DNA of 64,000 nt from Syntrophorhabdaceae bacterium (GTDB taxonomy: Bacteria > Desulfobacterota > Syntrophorhabdia > Syntrophorhabdales > Syntrophorhabdaceae), in the NCBI GenBank assembly GCA_963665295.1, contig OY762209.1, positions 608,001 to 672,000 on the forward strand, read 5' to 3'. A program made the translations under genes and the position numbers. The notes below the pieces were generated by a model. It had not been told where the DNA came from. It saw only the letters and a program-made list of their open reading frames with translations, and searched no databases. Positions 53,258 to 61,216 of the stretch are shown here, piece by piece; position 1 is the first letter of the stretch; every line of letters begins with the position of its first letter.

Positions 53258-54214
53258 TTATACTACCGGGCCGGTCGTCATGCCGCTGCGCGCCAGAATA
53301 TCACGCGTCTTGCCGATAAGGGCCTTATCGAGTCCCGCACCGCGATAACGGGCCCGCACCCGCAGGTTCACACTGTGCCAGCCTGCCCCTTGAGGACATC
53401 TGTCAGGGCTCCGGACCATGGTTACCTGCGCCGCAGGGGTGCGCGCAGCGTTCAGAGTCATGGCCAGCGTCCATTCCATAACCGGTCCTTCCTGCTGCAA
53501 GGACGCGTTTATATTGAATTGATCCGGAGGAAAAACACGGCAAAGGTCGTGAGTCTGCCCCGGCTTCAAGGGCACCCTCACCTCGTAACGCGTCGAAGGG
53601 TGCAAAGCCTTTAGCCAAAGCCGTGCGACGGCTTGATATATGCCTGTGCCCTGAACCCGCTCCAGTCCCTTGATCGATCGTGCCCGGACGGCCCGGTTCC
53701 ACCATTCCCGAAACGATATCCGCACTTTTGCACAGCCTTTGAGCGGTTTCCGCGCGGTCGGCGTTGGCTTGCCTTCCCGTTCAATCTTTGTAACGACGCC
53801 GAGGACATCGTTTCCGCGGGTGGGGCCGTCATTGCCGTTATCGCTTCTATCAGGTCGGGTGATAATATAATGTCCTCCCCTGTCCGTACCCTTCGCGATA
53901 GTCCTATGCCCGAAGAGCCGTCCGTCACGGCGGGTAACGGCAATATCACCGACCTTAATATCATCGATAAGGCGCGATTCAATGTGGAGCATATCGCCGG
54001 AACGGATGCAGGGGTACATGCATGATCCCCGGGCAAGAAATGTCGCCTTGCCGCAGTCCGCCAACACACGTCCTATTTCCAATGACTCGACGATCAGGCT
54101 TCCCTGCAACCTTTCTCCCCCCATACCTCCTGTCTTTTCGGGAAGTCCGCATGACAGGGCACATTCCCTTTTGTCTTTTGACCGGAACGGACAGGAATAA
54201 AGATTACAGTCCAT
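53258..54214 (-). CDS. S24/S26 peptidase-like protein with C-terminal GNAT-like motif
   Basis: GSCMYP..RSGD, IKVGDI, HR, TRPD, DVLGVV; C-terminal LRVRARYRGAGL. Confidence 0.75.
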   Translation of the reverse strand: MDCNLYSCPFRSKDKRECALSCGLPEKTGGMGGERLQGSLIVESLEIGRVLADCGKATFLARGSCMYPCIRSGDMLHIESRLIDDIKVGDIAVTRRDGRLFGHRTIAKGTDRGGHYIITRPDRSDNGNDGPTRGNDVLGVVTKIEREGKPTPTARKPLKGCAKVRISFREWWNRAVRARSIKGLERVQGTGIYQAVARLWLKALHPSTRYEVRVPLKPGQTHDLCRVFPPDQFNINASLQQEGPVMEWTLAMTLNAARTPAAQVTMVRSPDRCPQGAGWHSVNLRVRARYRGAGLDKALIGKTRDILARSGMTTGPVV

Positions 54215-54258
54215 CTCTTTGTGGTGAATTTTCAGACAATGTGATAGAGGCCCTCATG

Positions 54259-54567
54259 TCACGTTGCGCGAACGACAACCATCTTCCTTTGCGCCAGCTC
54301 CCTTATCAGTCCCATCACGTCCTTCTCAATTTCTTCCAGAGACGCGGCATACTCCAGCCCTAATTCCGACGTCACAGCCCGGAGGGTCTTTTGTCCGTCA
54401 AGGCGCATCCAGATCGCCTTGCCTGTCTCGTTCAACGTGTAAAGCTCATCGTCGGCATCGCCGATACCGGCGACGAGGGGAATAATGATCACTTCGTCCT
54501 CGATCACACGGGCAACTATATCTTCAGACGGCATATAAATGCCGTCGAGTTCGATTTCCGTGTTCAT
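54259..54567 (-). CDS. PqqD family RiPP recognition element
   Basis: IVARVIEDEVIIIP, LYTLNETGKAIW..LDG, DV..LI.EL. Confidence 0.9.
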   Translation of the reverse strand: MNTEIELDGIYMPSEDIVARVIEDEVIIIPLVAGIGDADDELYTLNETGKAIWMRLDGQKTLRAVTSELGLEYAASLEEIEKDVMGLIRELAQRKMVVVRAT

Positions 54568-54652
54568 AACGCCTTTTCGTGCTCCTTCCGCACTTTCATT
54601 TTCAGTCTGCGTATCTTTCCCGTTCGTAAGGGTCACCGGGGATAGGCAGCGC

Positions 54653-54838
54653 CTAACTCTCTATCTGATCGCTGCACAGATTGGTGCAACCAGTGTCGGA
54701 ATGGCAATTAAGGAAATGGGATAGAAAATTGCTGGTTGACCCGCCACCCTTACAGGCTCCCAGCACCGCCTCTTCCGGCCTGCCCCGCACAAGGACAATC
54801 AGTTCCGGTTTGCAGTATGACTTCTTGGTCTGTTGCAT
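54653..54838 (-). CDS. RiPP precursor peptide 2 (61 aa)
   Basis: MQQTKKSYCKPELIVLVRGRPEEAVLGACKGGGSTSNFLSHFLNCHSDTGCTNLCSDQIES; leader shared with precursor 1. Confidence 0.85.
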   Translation of the reverse strand: MQQTKKSYCKPELIVLVRGRPEEAVLGACKGGGSTSNFLSHFLNCHSDTGCTNLCSDQIES

Positions 54839-54908
54839 TCTTGTCTCTCTTTTCAAACACCCATATTTGTGTTTCGAATACTACCAGATAAACGACCTTT
54901 TGGCAATA

Positions 54909-56069
54909 TTAACGGCAAAACCCTTCGATACGCTCCCGCCATCCCGTTACCTCCCATGCATTCTCGTTCATTGTGATCAGCCCCAGATATCGCGCCTGGC
55001 CGTGGGCCACCTCGCACAGATATTCCACCGGAGTGTCCAGTGTGCCATGTTCCATCCAGGATTTGGCGGGGCATTGTCCGCAGAGCCCTTTGAGGAAGCA
55101 CCGGCCGCAGCGGCGCAGGTAATCCGGGTTGGCGGATCTGATTTCCCGCAAAGGGGGGAATGATTTCTCCAGGGCGGATTTCAAGGTCGTTTCGCGCAGA
55201 TCAACCGCCATATCCGGGGCGCGCAGGCCCATGCACATCTGCGCCTTCCCGTAAGCGTCGATGCAGGCCCCGTGTCCGGCGCCACAGGAGAAGAGTTTGT
55301 CTCCCGGCGGTCCCATGAACCTTCCGCAGAACTGCTTCATCTCTTTCAGATAAAGGGGGTTGCGTGACACCATGCCTACGGTCTCCTCGGGTGTTGCCCG
55401 GAGCTTTATGATGCGCGCGTTTTTCGCCGGATCGTCCCGCCGGGAACGGAGGTCGAAATTCATGGAGTAATCGGGCATTTTATCCATCCGGGGAATCGTC
55501 CGCGCCCATGATTCAAATGCTGTCAGGTCGTTTTTCAGCAAGGGCAGCAGGGCCGCCTTCACAATGAAAGGGACCTGATGTTTCTCCAGAAGTCCGACGC
55601 CGCGGCGAAACTCCGCGAAGGCGCCCTTCCTGCCCACGGCCCGATCATAGGACTCCGGCCGCATTCCATAAACCGTGACCTCCACCACCCGCCCCGGCGG
55701 CATTTTCGCCAGCAGCGTAGCCAGTTCCGGGGTGATAAGGCAGGCATTGGTGAAGAGAATGACCCGTATCCCCCGACGGCGGGTGAATTCATACAACTCT
55801 GCAAAATCTTCACGCAGGAGGGGCTCGCCGCCGGTGAGCCGGACAGTCAGGCACCCGAGGTTGGCGGCCTGGGCCATGACATCCTTGACAAAATCCGTAC
55901 TCATTTCCCGGTTGCGGGCGTCGGCGTCGCCTTCCGGAAGATTGATGCAGCAGTGGATGCAGTTGTTATTGCACCTCTCCGTCAACTCCATGTCGAGTTG
56001 GCCCAAAAGTGGCCGCGTGCCGTGTCCGATAGTGAATTCATGGGGCTTTAACGTTCTTATATAAGTCAT
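54909..56069 (-). CDS. Radical SAM/SPASM peptide maturase 2
   Basis: GGGGAG RBS before MTYIR; CNNNCIHC, TGGEPLLR, CGAG...C, CGRC..KGLCGQC. Confidence 0.9.
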   Translation of the reverse strand: MTYIRTLKPHEFTIGHGTRPLLGQLDMELTERCNNNCIHCCINLPEGDADARNREMSTDFVKDVMAQAANLGCLTVRLTGGEPLLREDFAELYEFTRRRGIRVILFTNACLITPELATLLAKMPPGRVVEVTVYGMRPESYDRAVGRKGAFAEFRRGVGLLEKHQVPFIVKAALLPLLKNDLTAFESWARTIPRMDKMPDYSMNFDLRSRRDDPAKNARIIKLRATPEETVGMVSRNPLYLKEMKQFCGRFMGPPGDKLFSCGAGHGACIDAYGKAQMCMGLRAPDMAVDLRETTLKSALEKSFPPLREIRSANPDYLRRCGRCFLKGLCGQCPAKSWMEHGTLDTPVEYLCEVAHGQARYLGLITMNENAWEVTGWRERIEGFCR

Positions 56070-56238
56070 GTATACTCCCCCATCATCAACGCCGCCCACG
56101 CCTGGTTGATCCCCCCTTGCACACCGCGGCAGGTCCGGGACCCCTCCGCCTGCGTTGAGCCTGTCACACAGTTCCCATGGTTCGACTTCGCCCGCCGTGG
56201 GCGGGCCAAAACCCATAAGGGCCGGGAAGCAAAGGGGG

Positions 56239-56412
56239 CTAGCTTGATGTGATCTCGTTGCACCCGCCCCAACCTTGTTCATCGCAATAGGATAGGAATT
56301 CCCAGGGGCCGGCTGCAAAACTTGATTTACACGCGCTTAAGACAGCCTCCTCCGGCTTGTTCCGCACCAGGACGATCAGTTGTCTCACCCACGCCTTCTT
56401 GCTTTCTGTCAT
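56239..56412 (-). CDS. RiPP precursor peptide 1 (57 aa)
   Basis: GGGGAGG RBS; MTESKKAWVRQLIVLVRNKPEEAVLSACKSSFAAGPWEFLSYCDEQGWGGCNEITSS. Confidence 0.85.
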   Translation of the reverse strand: MTESKKAWVRQLIVLVRNKPEEAVLSACKSSFAAGPWEFLSYCDEQGWGGCNEITSS

Positions 56413-56429
56413 CTTTCCATCCTCCCCTA

Positions 56430-58436
56430 TCAAGGACCGGGTTTGCGTTCCAATTGTTGAGCCCCTGAACCTATAAACCTCTTTATCTCCCCCGCTATCT
56501 CTCCGCTCTTGTCGAACCGCATCACGTAACATGGCGCTTCATTGCTCAGCTCTCCGATCAGATCGAGGGTCTTCTCCCACCAGTCGGCAGTGACGAAGGG
56601 TTTGATGACGCAGGCGAGCAGACGGCGCACGACCTCCTTGCGGTCGGTGAGGGGCGTGATGGTATTCGCCTTCGCCTTTTCGATAAAACAGATGGCCCGA
56701 AGCGGCGCATCATTGCCGGAGACGACGGGCACGTCGCCGTGGCTCCAGGTGCCGTATATCCGCCAGCCGTCGCCCGTGCGCCGGACGATGTTCCGGTCGT
56801 CGCATAGGATTTCGACATTCATCTCACCCCTTGTCCCAGCCTCGATCAGCATATTGGTCGCAGTGGATTTCCCCGCCTCGGAGTGGCCTACAAAGAGCAC
56901 GCCCGCGCCGTTCAGGATTGCCCCTGCCGAGTGGAGGTAGCAGCCCCGGCGATCTGCCAGCAGGCGGGCGATGAGTATCTGATCGGAGGGGAACATGGTC
57001 AGGGAATGGAGGCCGCCCTTCCGCCAGGTATCGCTCCGGATATGGTCGTTGTAGATACGGGCGCGGGTATGATCGGCGTTGAAGGTCGCCACGCGGTGCA
57101 GCGACGGGTCGTCCGCCTCGGGGGAGATGCCGAGATAGATGTAGGAGCCGTTCTGCCGGGAGATTGCCCAGGGCGGTTTGCGGTAGAGTACCCTACCCAG
57201 ATCCTTGCCCGTGAGATCGGGAAGTTCGAAGTGGTGGCGGATCGTAACCGTGTCCGCTCCGGGTCCGTCGGCGCGAAAGGAGTCAAACTTCAGGTGAAAG
57301 GTCTGATCGTCTATGGTGAGGTCGCTGTCCACCCGGATCGTGATCCCGGCAATCCGGTAATAGCGGCGGTGGTCGGCCCGCCACTCTTCCCTGAACCCTT
57401 CGTCCTCCTGCGCCACATCGCATAAATGTTCCACGGGTGCCGAAAAGCGGCCATGCTCCAGCCAGCCGTACACGGGGCACCAGCGGCAGTCTTTGCGCTT
57501 GTCACAGGGGCCGCAATTTTCCCCGTACTCCGCGCCGCCGAGCACCCTGTCCGCCAGGGTGGGGATGAACGTCTCCCACGCTTCCCGGACCGTCCCCTTG
57601 CGCAGGTCATAGCGCATGGCGGGATCTTTGAGGAAGGAGCAGAAGGTCATGCCGCCGTAAGGATCAATATGGAAATCCCTCTTTCCGGCAATGCAGCGGG
57701 CAAAGAGGCGGTCGTCGCCGTCAGTCTGTCCGCACAGGCGGGCGTGCGCCTCTTCGCAGGAGAGATCGGGCGGGTCCAGTTCCACTACATCCCGGGGGTC
57801 GAGGCGCTGACGGACGATCTCGGCGTTGCGCTCCGGATCACGGCACGAGGAAAGATACAACCACGGGGCACCGACGCGCCAATGTTTGCTCAGAGACTTC
57901 GCTAGATCCTGCATCTTTTCCCATTCATGCCGGTTGTCCCGCATGGGGATCAACTGGATGATGAAGCCCGCCCCCGCCTCCTTAAGATAACGGAGGCCTT
58001 CCATGACCTTTTCGAAGCCGCCGGGGTGGCGGGTCACATGGTCATAGGTTTCTCTTGTCGCGCCATAAAGGGCAATCATCTTACTCCCCTTGCGTTTGAG
58101 GAGACGGGCTATTTCCGGCGTGATGAGGGTTCCGTTCGTATTAAGGGTATAGGAGACGGCTTTCCCGGTCACGTACTCGAATATTTCAGGAAAGTCGGGG
58201 CGCACCATGGGTTCGCCGCCCGAGATGGACCAGCGGCGCGTGCCCAGGGCACGGGCCTGATCGACCACGTTCTTGATCTCGTCAAAAGTGAATTCCTCTT
58301 CTTGTTCTTCGGGATGTTCGGGCAGCCACAGCCAACAATGACGGCAGCGGTTATTGCACCGGTAAGTCAGGTCGATCCGGCCTTCCAGAGGCAATCGCAC
58401 ATCGTGCAACTTCTCGTACGTGAGCAGACTTTTCAT
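56430..58436 (-). CDS. Radical SAM/SPASM maturase 1 fused to HPr-kinase-like P-loop domain
   Basis: CNNRCRHC, SGGEP, CGPC..RKDCRWC; C-terminal LHSAG, GHSEAGKST, LCDDR. Confidence 0.88.
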   Translation of the reverse strand: MKSLLTYEKLHDVRLPLEGRIDLTYRCNNRCRHCWLWLPEHPEEQEEEFTFDEIKNVVDQARALGTRRWSISGGEPMVRPDFPEIFEYVTGKAVSYTLNTNGTLITPEIARLLKRKGSKMIALYGATRETYDHVTRHPGGFEKVMEGLRYLKEAGAGFIIQLIPMRDNRHEWEKMQDLAKSLSKHWRVGAPWLYLSSCRDPERNAEIVRQRLDPRDVVELDPPDLSCEEAHARLCGQTDGDDRLFARCIAGKRDFHIDPYGGMTFCSFLKDPAMRYDLRKGTVREAWETFIPTLADRVLGGAEYGENCGPCDKRKDCRWCPVYGWLEHGRFSAPVEHLCDVAQEDEGFREEWRADHRRYYRIAGITIRVDSDLTIDDQTFHLKFDSFRADGPGADTVTIRHHFELPDLTGKDLGRVLYRKPPWAISRQNGSYIYLGISPEADDPSLHRVATFNADHTRARIYNDHIRSDTWRKGGLHSLTMFPSDQILIARLLADRRGCYLHSAGAILNGAGVLFVGHSEAGKSTATNMLIEAGTRGEMNVEILCDDRNIVRRTGDGWRIYGTWSHGDVPVVSGNDAPLRAICFIEKAKANTITPLTDRKEVVRRLLACVIKPFVTADWWEKTLDLIGELSNEAPCYVMRFDKSGEIAGEIKRFIGSGAQQLERKPGP

Positions 58437-58479
58437 GGTTCAGTGAGACTATGGTACCGAAACCCTCCACATTAAGCAA

Positions 58480-58500
58480 TACCTTTCAATTTGAAAGGTA
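58480..58500. promoter_or_regulatory. Perfect inverted repeat upstream of the RiPP operon (candidate operator)
   Basis: TACCTTTCAA-T-TTGAAAGGTA, about 44 bp upstream of ATG 58436. Confidence 0.5.
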
Positions 58501-58505
58501 AACAC

Positions 58506-58525
58506 GCCCCCGGGGCCCCGGGGGC
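58506..58525 (-). terminator. GC hairpin after the small MerR-effector-like gene
   Basis: Perfect palindrome GCCCCCGGGGCCCCGGGGGC followed by GTGTTT on the minus strand. Confidence 0.5.
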
Positions 58526-58539
58526 AAAACAATTAAGAT

Positions 58540-58719
58540 CTACCTCCGCCGGATTTCCTCTATCTTTTCCGCCGGCAATCCCAGCCATTCCAGGAAACTC
58601 TGATGGCCGTCCGGGTTCTCGGCCTCGAACAGCCCGTGCCAATTCTCCATCGCCTTATCGTCAAGACCGATCGCCCGGAACCGCCTGACCCATTCGTCCA
58701 CCGTTACCATCTGATTCAT
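58540..58719 (-). CDS. Small protein resembling a MerR-family C-terminal effector domain
   Basis: W...FRAIGL...AM..WH..FE..NPDGHQSFLEWLGL; no HTH; GGGAG RBS. Confidence 0.7.
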   Translation of the reverse strand: MNQMVTVDEWVRRFRAIGLDDKAMENWHGLFEAENPDGHQSFLEWLGLPAEKIEEIRRR

Positions 58720-58768
58720 CGTCTTCTCCCTTGTCTCGAATGATTTTACCATAGCTATGATAGAGATA

Positions 58769-58799
58769 AGGCTACAGTGTGAACCGGTAGACAGGTCAA
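58769..58799 (-). promoter_or_regulatory. MerR-type promoter (19-bp spacer with dyad)
   Basis: TTGACC-N19-TAGCCT; the spacer contains TGT-CT-ACCGGT-TC-ACA. Confidence 0.65.
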
Positions 58800-58831
58800 G
58801 AAAAAAATAATGGGGCTCAGATTCCTTTACC

Positions 58832-59578
58832 TTATTTCGATGGACGCCATTCGAGCCTTGCCCGGCAAAGCTCCTTGCCGTCCCCGGCGCGCCTCACGGA
58901 GCATAGTTCCCGGTCATCGGTTTCCTCACACACTACCACGACTTCGTCCTTCGGCAGCGCTTCAGAAAGAAAGCTGAGCTCAATCGACCGGGGCTCCGTC
59001 GCTAAAAGGTGTTCGTAAGAATGACTATCTATCATCCATTGCAGGTATTTGGCCGAGTTCACATGCCGGTTCATGTCGATATCGGAGAAAAGCACCTTGA
59101 ACCGGGCAAGGTCCTTGCCGCTTTTCAATTCCTGCACCTTCTCCAGGCTGGTTTCCATCTCATCCTTTCCCGGTTGCCACGGAAAGCTGTCCAATTTCCG
59201 GTCAAACCTTTGCGGGCGGCCGCTTGTCTTATCCAGTACCATCCATGAAGAAGTGGCGGAGACCAGTCTTTCTCCTGCCGAGGCAATGGTAAAGTCGCGG
59301 AGGGCATAAAACCTTACTGTCTTTTTTCCCCACGTTTCGATTGTGATGTGCTCGCCCCATGCAGGGAGTCGCGTGATGAGCATCTTGACCTTTATCAGCA
59401 CCCACATCAGATTCCGTGCCGACAGTTCGTCCTGCCCGTAATGTGTCCCTTTGGCATGGTTCCAGGCTGAATTCAACAGATAAGCAAATAGTGTCTGTGG
59501 GCGTAACCGGCCCAGGATATCTACATCGAATGACTCGACAAGTCGCTGTTCCTTCCAAACGTCCGGGTTTTGGCCCAT
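58832..59578 (-). CDS. Acyl-ACP thioesterase
   Basis: WVL, LPAWGE.I.IETW, RDF, SDIDMNRHVNSAKY. Confidence 0.88.
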   Translation of the reverse strand: MGQNPDVWKEQRLVESFDVDILGRLRPQTLFAYLLNSAWNHAKGTHYGQDELSARNLMWVLIKVKMLITRLPAWGEHITIETWGKKTVRFYALRDFTIASAGERLVSATSSWMVLDKTSGRPQRFDRKLDSFPWQPGKDEMETSLEKVQELKSGKDLARFKVLFSDIDMNRHVNSAKYLQWMIDSHSYEHLLATEPRSIELSFLSEALPKDEVVVVCEETDDRELCSVRRAGDGKELCRARLEWRPSK

Positions 59579-59905
59579 TTGATCCGGTTTTCCTCCGCTA
59601 TGGTTTTTGTGCATTCCGGCCTGCTTCGAAAGTATTCCCTGTCCCTCCGCGCCCCGAAGGTCCCGGACCCCGGGATATCCCTTCCGATCACATGGAGGGG
59701 CCTCAAGGCGCGCATAGCGAGAGATGGTCAAGGATATCGCGAAGGCCTCACCGGCGTCAACAACAAGTTCGCTCCGAACTTTTTAATGGATACTCCCTAT
59801 GCGAAGGCATTTCCGCCATGTCACATGGCAAATATTGTGGGAAAAGACCGGCTGAGGGTGTACAATGAGTGAGAAAAGGTCAAATCACCGGAGACGTTAT
59901 ATATC

Positions 59906-61093
59906 ATGACAAAGCGCATCGCATGTATTATTATTGCCGGCTTTTTTACGCTTTTCGCCGCATTTGCCATCCGATACTCCTACGGGCTGGTTTTGCCCCA
60001 AATGCTGACGGCCCTCGATATATCCAAGGCGGAGGCCGGAATCATCTTTTCCTCCTACTTCATAGCCGCCGCCCTGCTTTCGCCGCTGGTCGGCATTCTC
60101 GTAGACAGGTTTGATGCGAAGATCATACTCACCGTGTTCGTCGCCATTCTCGGCGCAGGGGCCTGCCTCATGGCAACAGCTTCCTCGGTCGTCGGGGCCT
60201 CCATCTTCTTCGCCATAACAGGGATAGGTCATTCCGCGTGCTGGGCGCCGGTTGTTGCCGTGGTGATGCGATGGGTCAGCCCGGAGAGAAGGGGGATCGC
60301 TATCTCCGTAGTAGACCTCGGGACTACGGCGGGCATCGGCGCATGGAGCATCCTGGTGCCTATCATCATGAGAGGCCACGATTGGAGGACCGTTTGGACG
60401 ACGCTCGGCATAACCGCGCTGGCCGTGGCAGCCATGAATTTCTTCCTCATAAAAAGTCGTCCCGACACGGACGCTCAGAAACCGGGCGGCACGCAAAAGG
60501 TCGAGGCGCCTGCCGGCGGACATTACAAGGTAATTCTCCGGGACAGAAGGTTCTATCTCATCGGCCTTTCCTATCTGTTCATCAGCTTCTCCATAATCAT
60601 CCCCTTCACGTTCCTTACCACCTATGCGACGCAGGTATTGACCATACCCTATGCTTCGGCCACGGGTCTCCTCCTGGTAATGGCTGTCTCGGGCGCAATA
60701 GGCAAACTGGTTCTGGCACATATATCCGACAGGGTGGGAAGGATCAGAATAATGATGCTTTGCGGACTTCTTACGGCTGTGGCCGCGCTGGGCATGGCCT
60801 ATTCCAGGGAATTGACCGGGTTACGCCTCTATTCGGTGCTATTCGGCATCGGCTATGGAACCCTGTGGGCGGTTTATGCCGCCTCAGCACGGGATCTCTT
60901 CCCGGCGAATTATGTCGGCGGCGTAGTCGGGCTCTGGACCCTTTTTCACGGCGTGGGTTCGGTGATTGCCCCGGTTCTGAGCGGTTGGACCATAGACGCC
61001 GGCGGCACCTACTATTGGGCGTTCATCCTTGCCGCATCCGCTTCGGTATTGTCCATGATCCTGTTACTGCCCGTGAGAATAGCCCGATCTTAA
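59906..61093 (+). CDS. MFS transporter
   Basis: About 12 TM segments; GILVDRFD, ISDRVGR motifs. Confidence 0.9.
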   Translation: MTKRIACIIIAGFFTLFAAFAIRYSYGLVLPQMLTALDISKAEAGIIFSSYFIAAALLSPLVGILVDRFDAKIILTVFVAILGAGACLMATASSVVGASIFFAITGIGHSACWAPVVAVVMRWVSPERRGIAISVVDLGTTAGIGAWSILVPIIMRGHDWRTVWTTLGITALAVAAMNFFLIKSRPDTDAQKPGGTQKVEAPAGGHYKVILRDRRFYLIGLSYLFISFSIIIPFTFLTTYATQVLTIPYASATGLLLVMAVSGAIGKLVLAHISDRVGRIRIMMLCGLLTAVAALGMAYSRELTGLRLYSVLFGIGYGTLWAVYAASARDLFPANYVGGVVGLWTLFHGVGSVIAPVLSGWTIDAGGTYYWAFILAASASVLSMILLLPVRIARS

Positions 61094-61124
61094 GGGGACA
61101 GAAAGAAAGCGGACCCGTTCCGCA

Positions 61125-61174
61125 GGTGGCCGGGTTCGATCATAATCGGTGGCCGGGGTGGCGCGGAATACGCA
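61125..61174 (-). mobile_element. Isolated IS21-family-like terminal inverted repeat remnant
   Basis: Minus strand TGCGTATTCCGCGCCACCCCGGCCACCGATT with a second CCCGGCCACC 23 bp inward; no transposase nearby. Confidence 0.5.
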
Positions 61175-61216
61175 CACGGTCCTAAACTCAACCGCTCTGT
61201 CACTCAGTTCCGCAAA

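Noticed and set aside
54909..56318. 469-aa extended rSAM2 ORF from the track
   Set aside because: The extension overlaps precursor 1 and a structured spacer; a good RBS precedes ATG 56069.
58832..61093. Thioesterase and MFS transporter as members of the RiPP cluster
   Set aside because: Separated by a promoter and hairpin, and the MFS is divergent; nothing beyond proximity supports a link.
61185..61211. tRNA-Ser 5'-like GAGTGACAGAGCGGTTGA on the minus strand
   Set aside because: Only a D-arm-like fragment; no acceptor stem, anticodon arm or T-arm.
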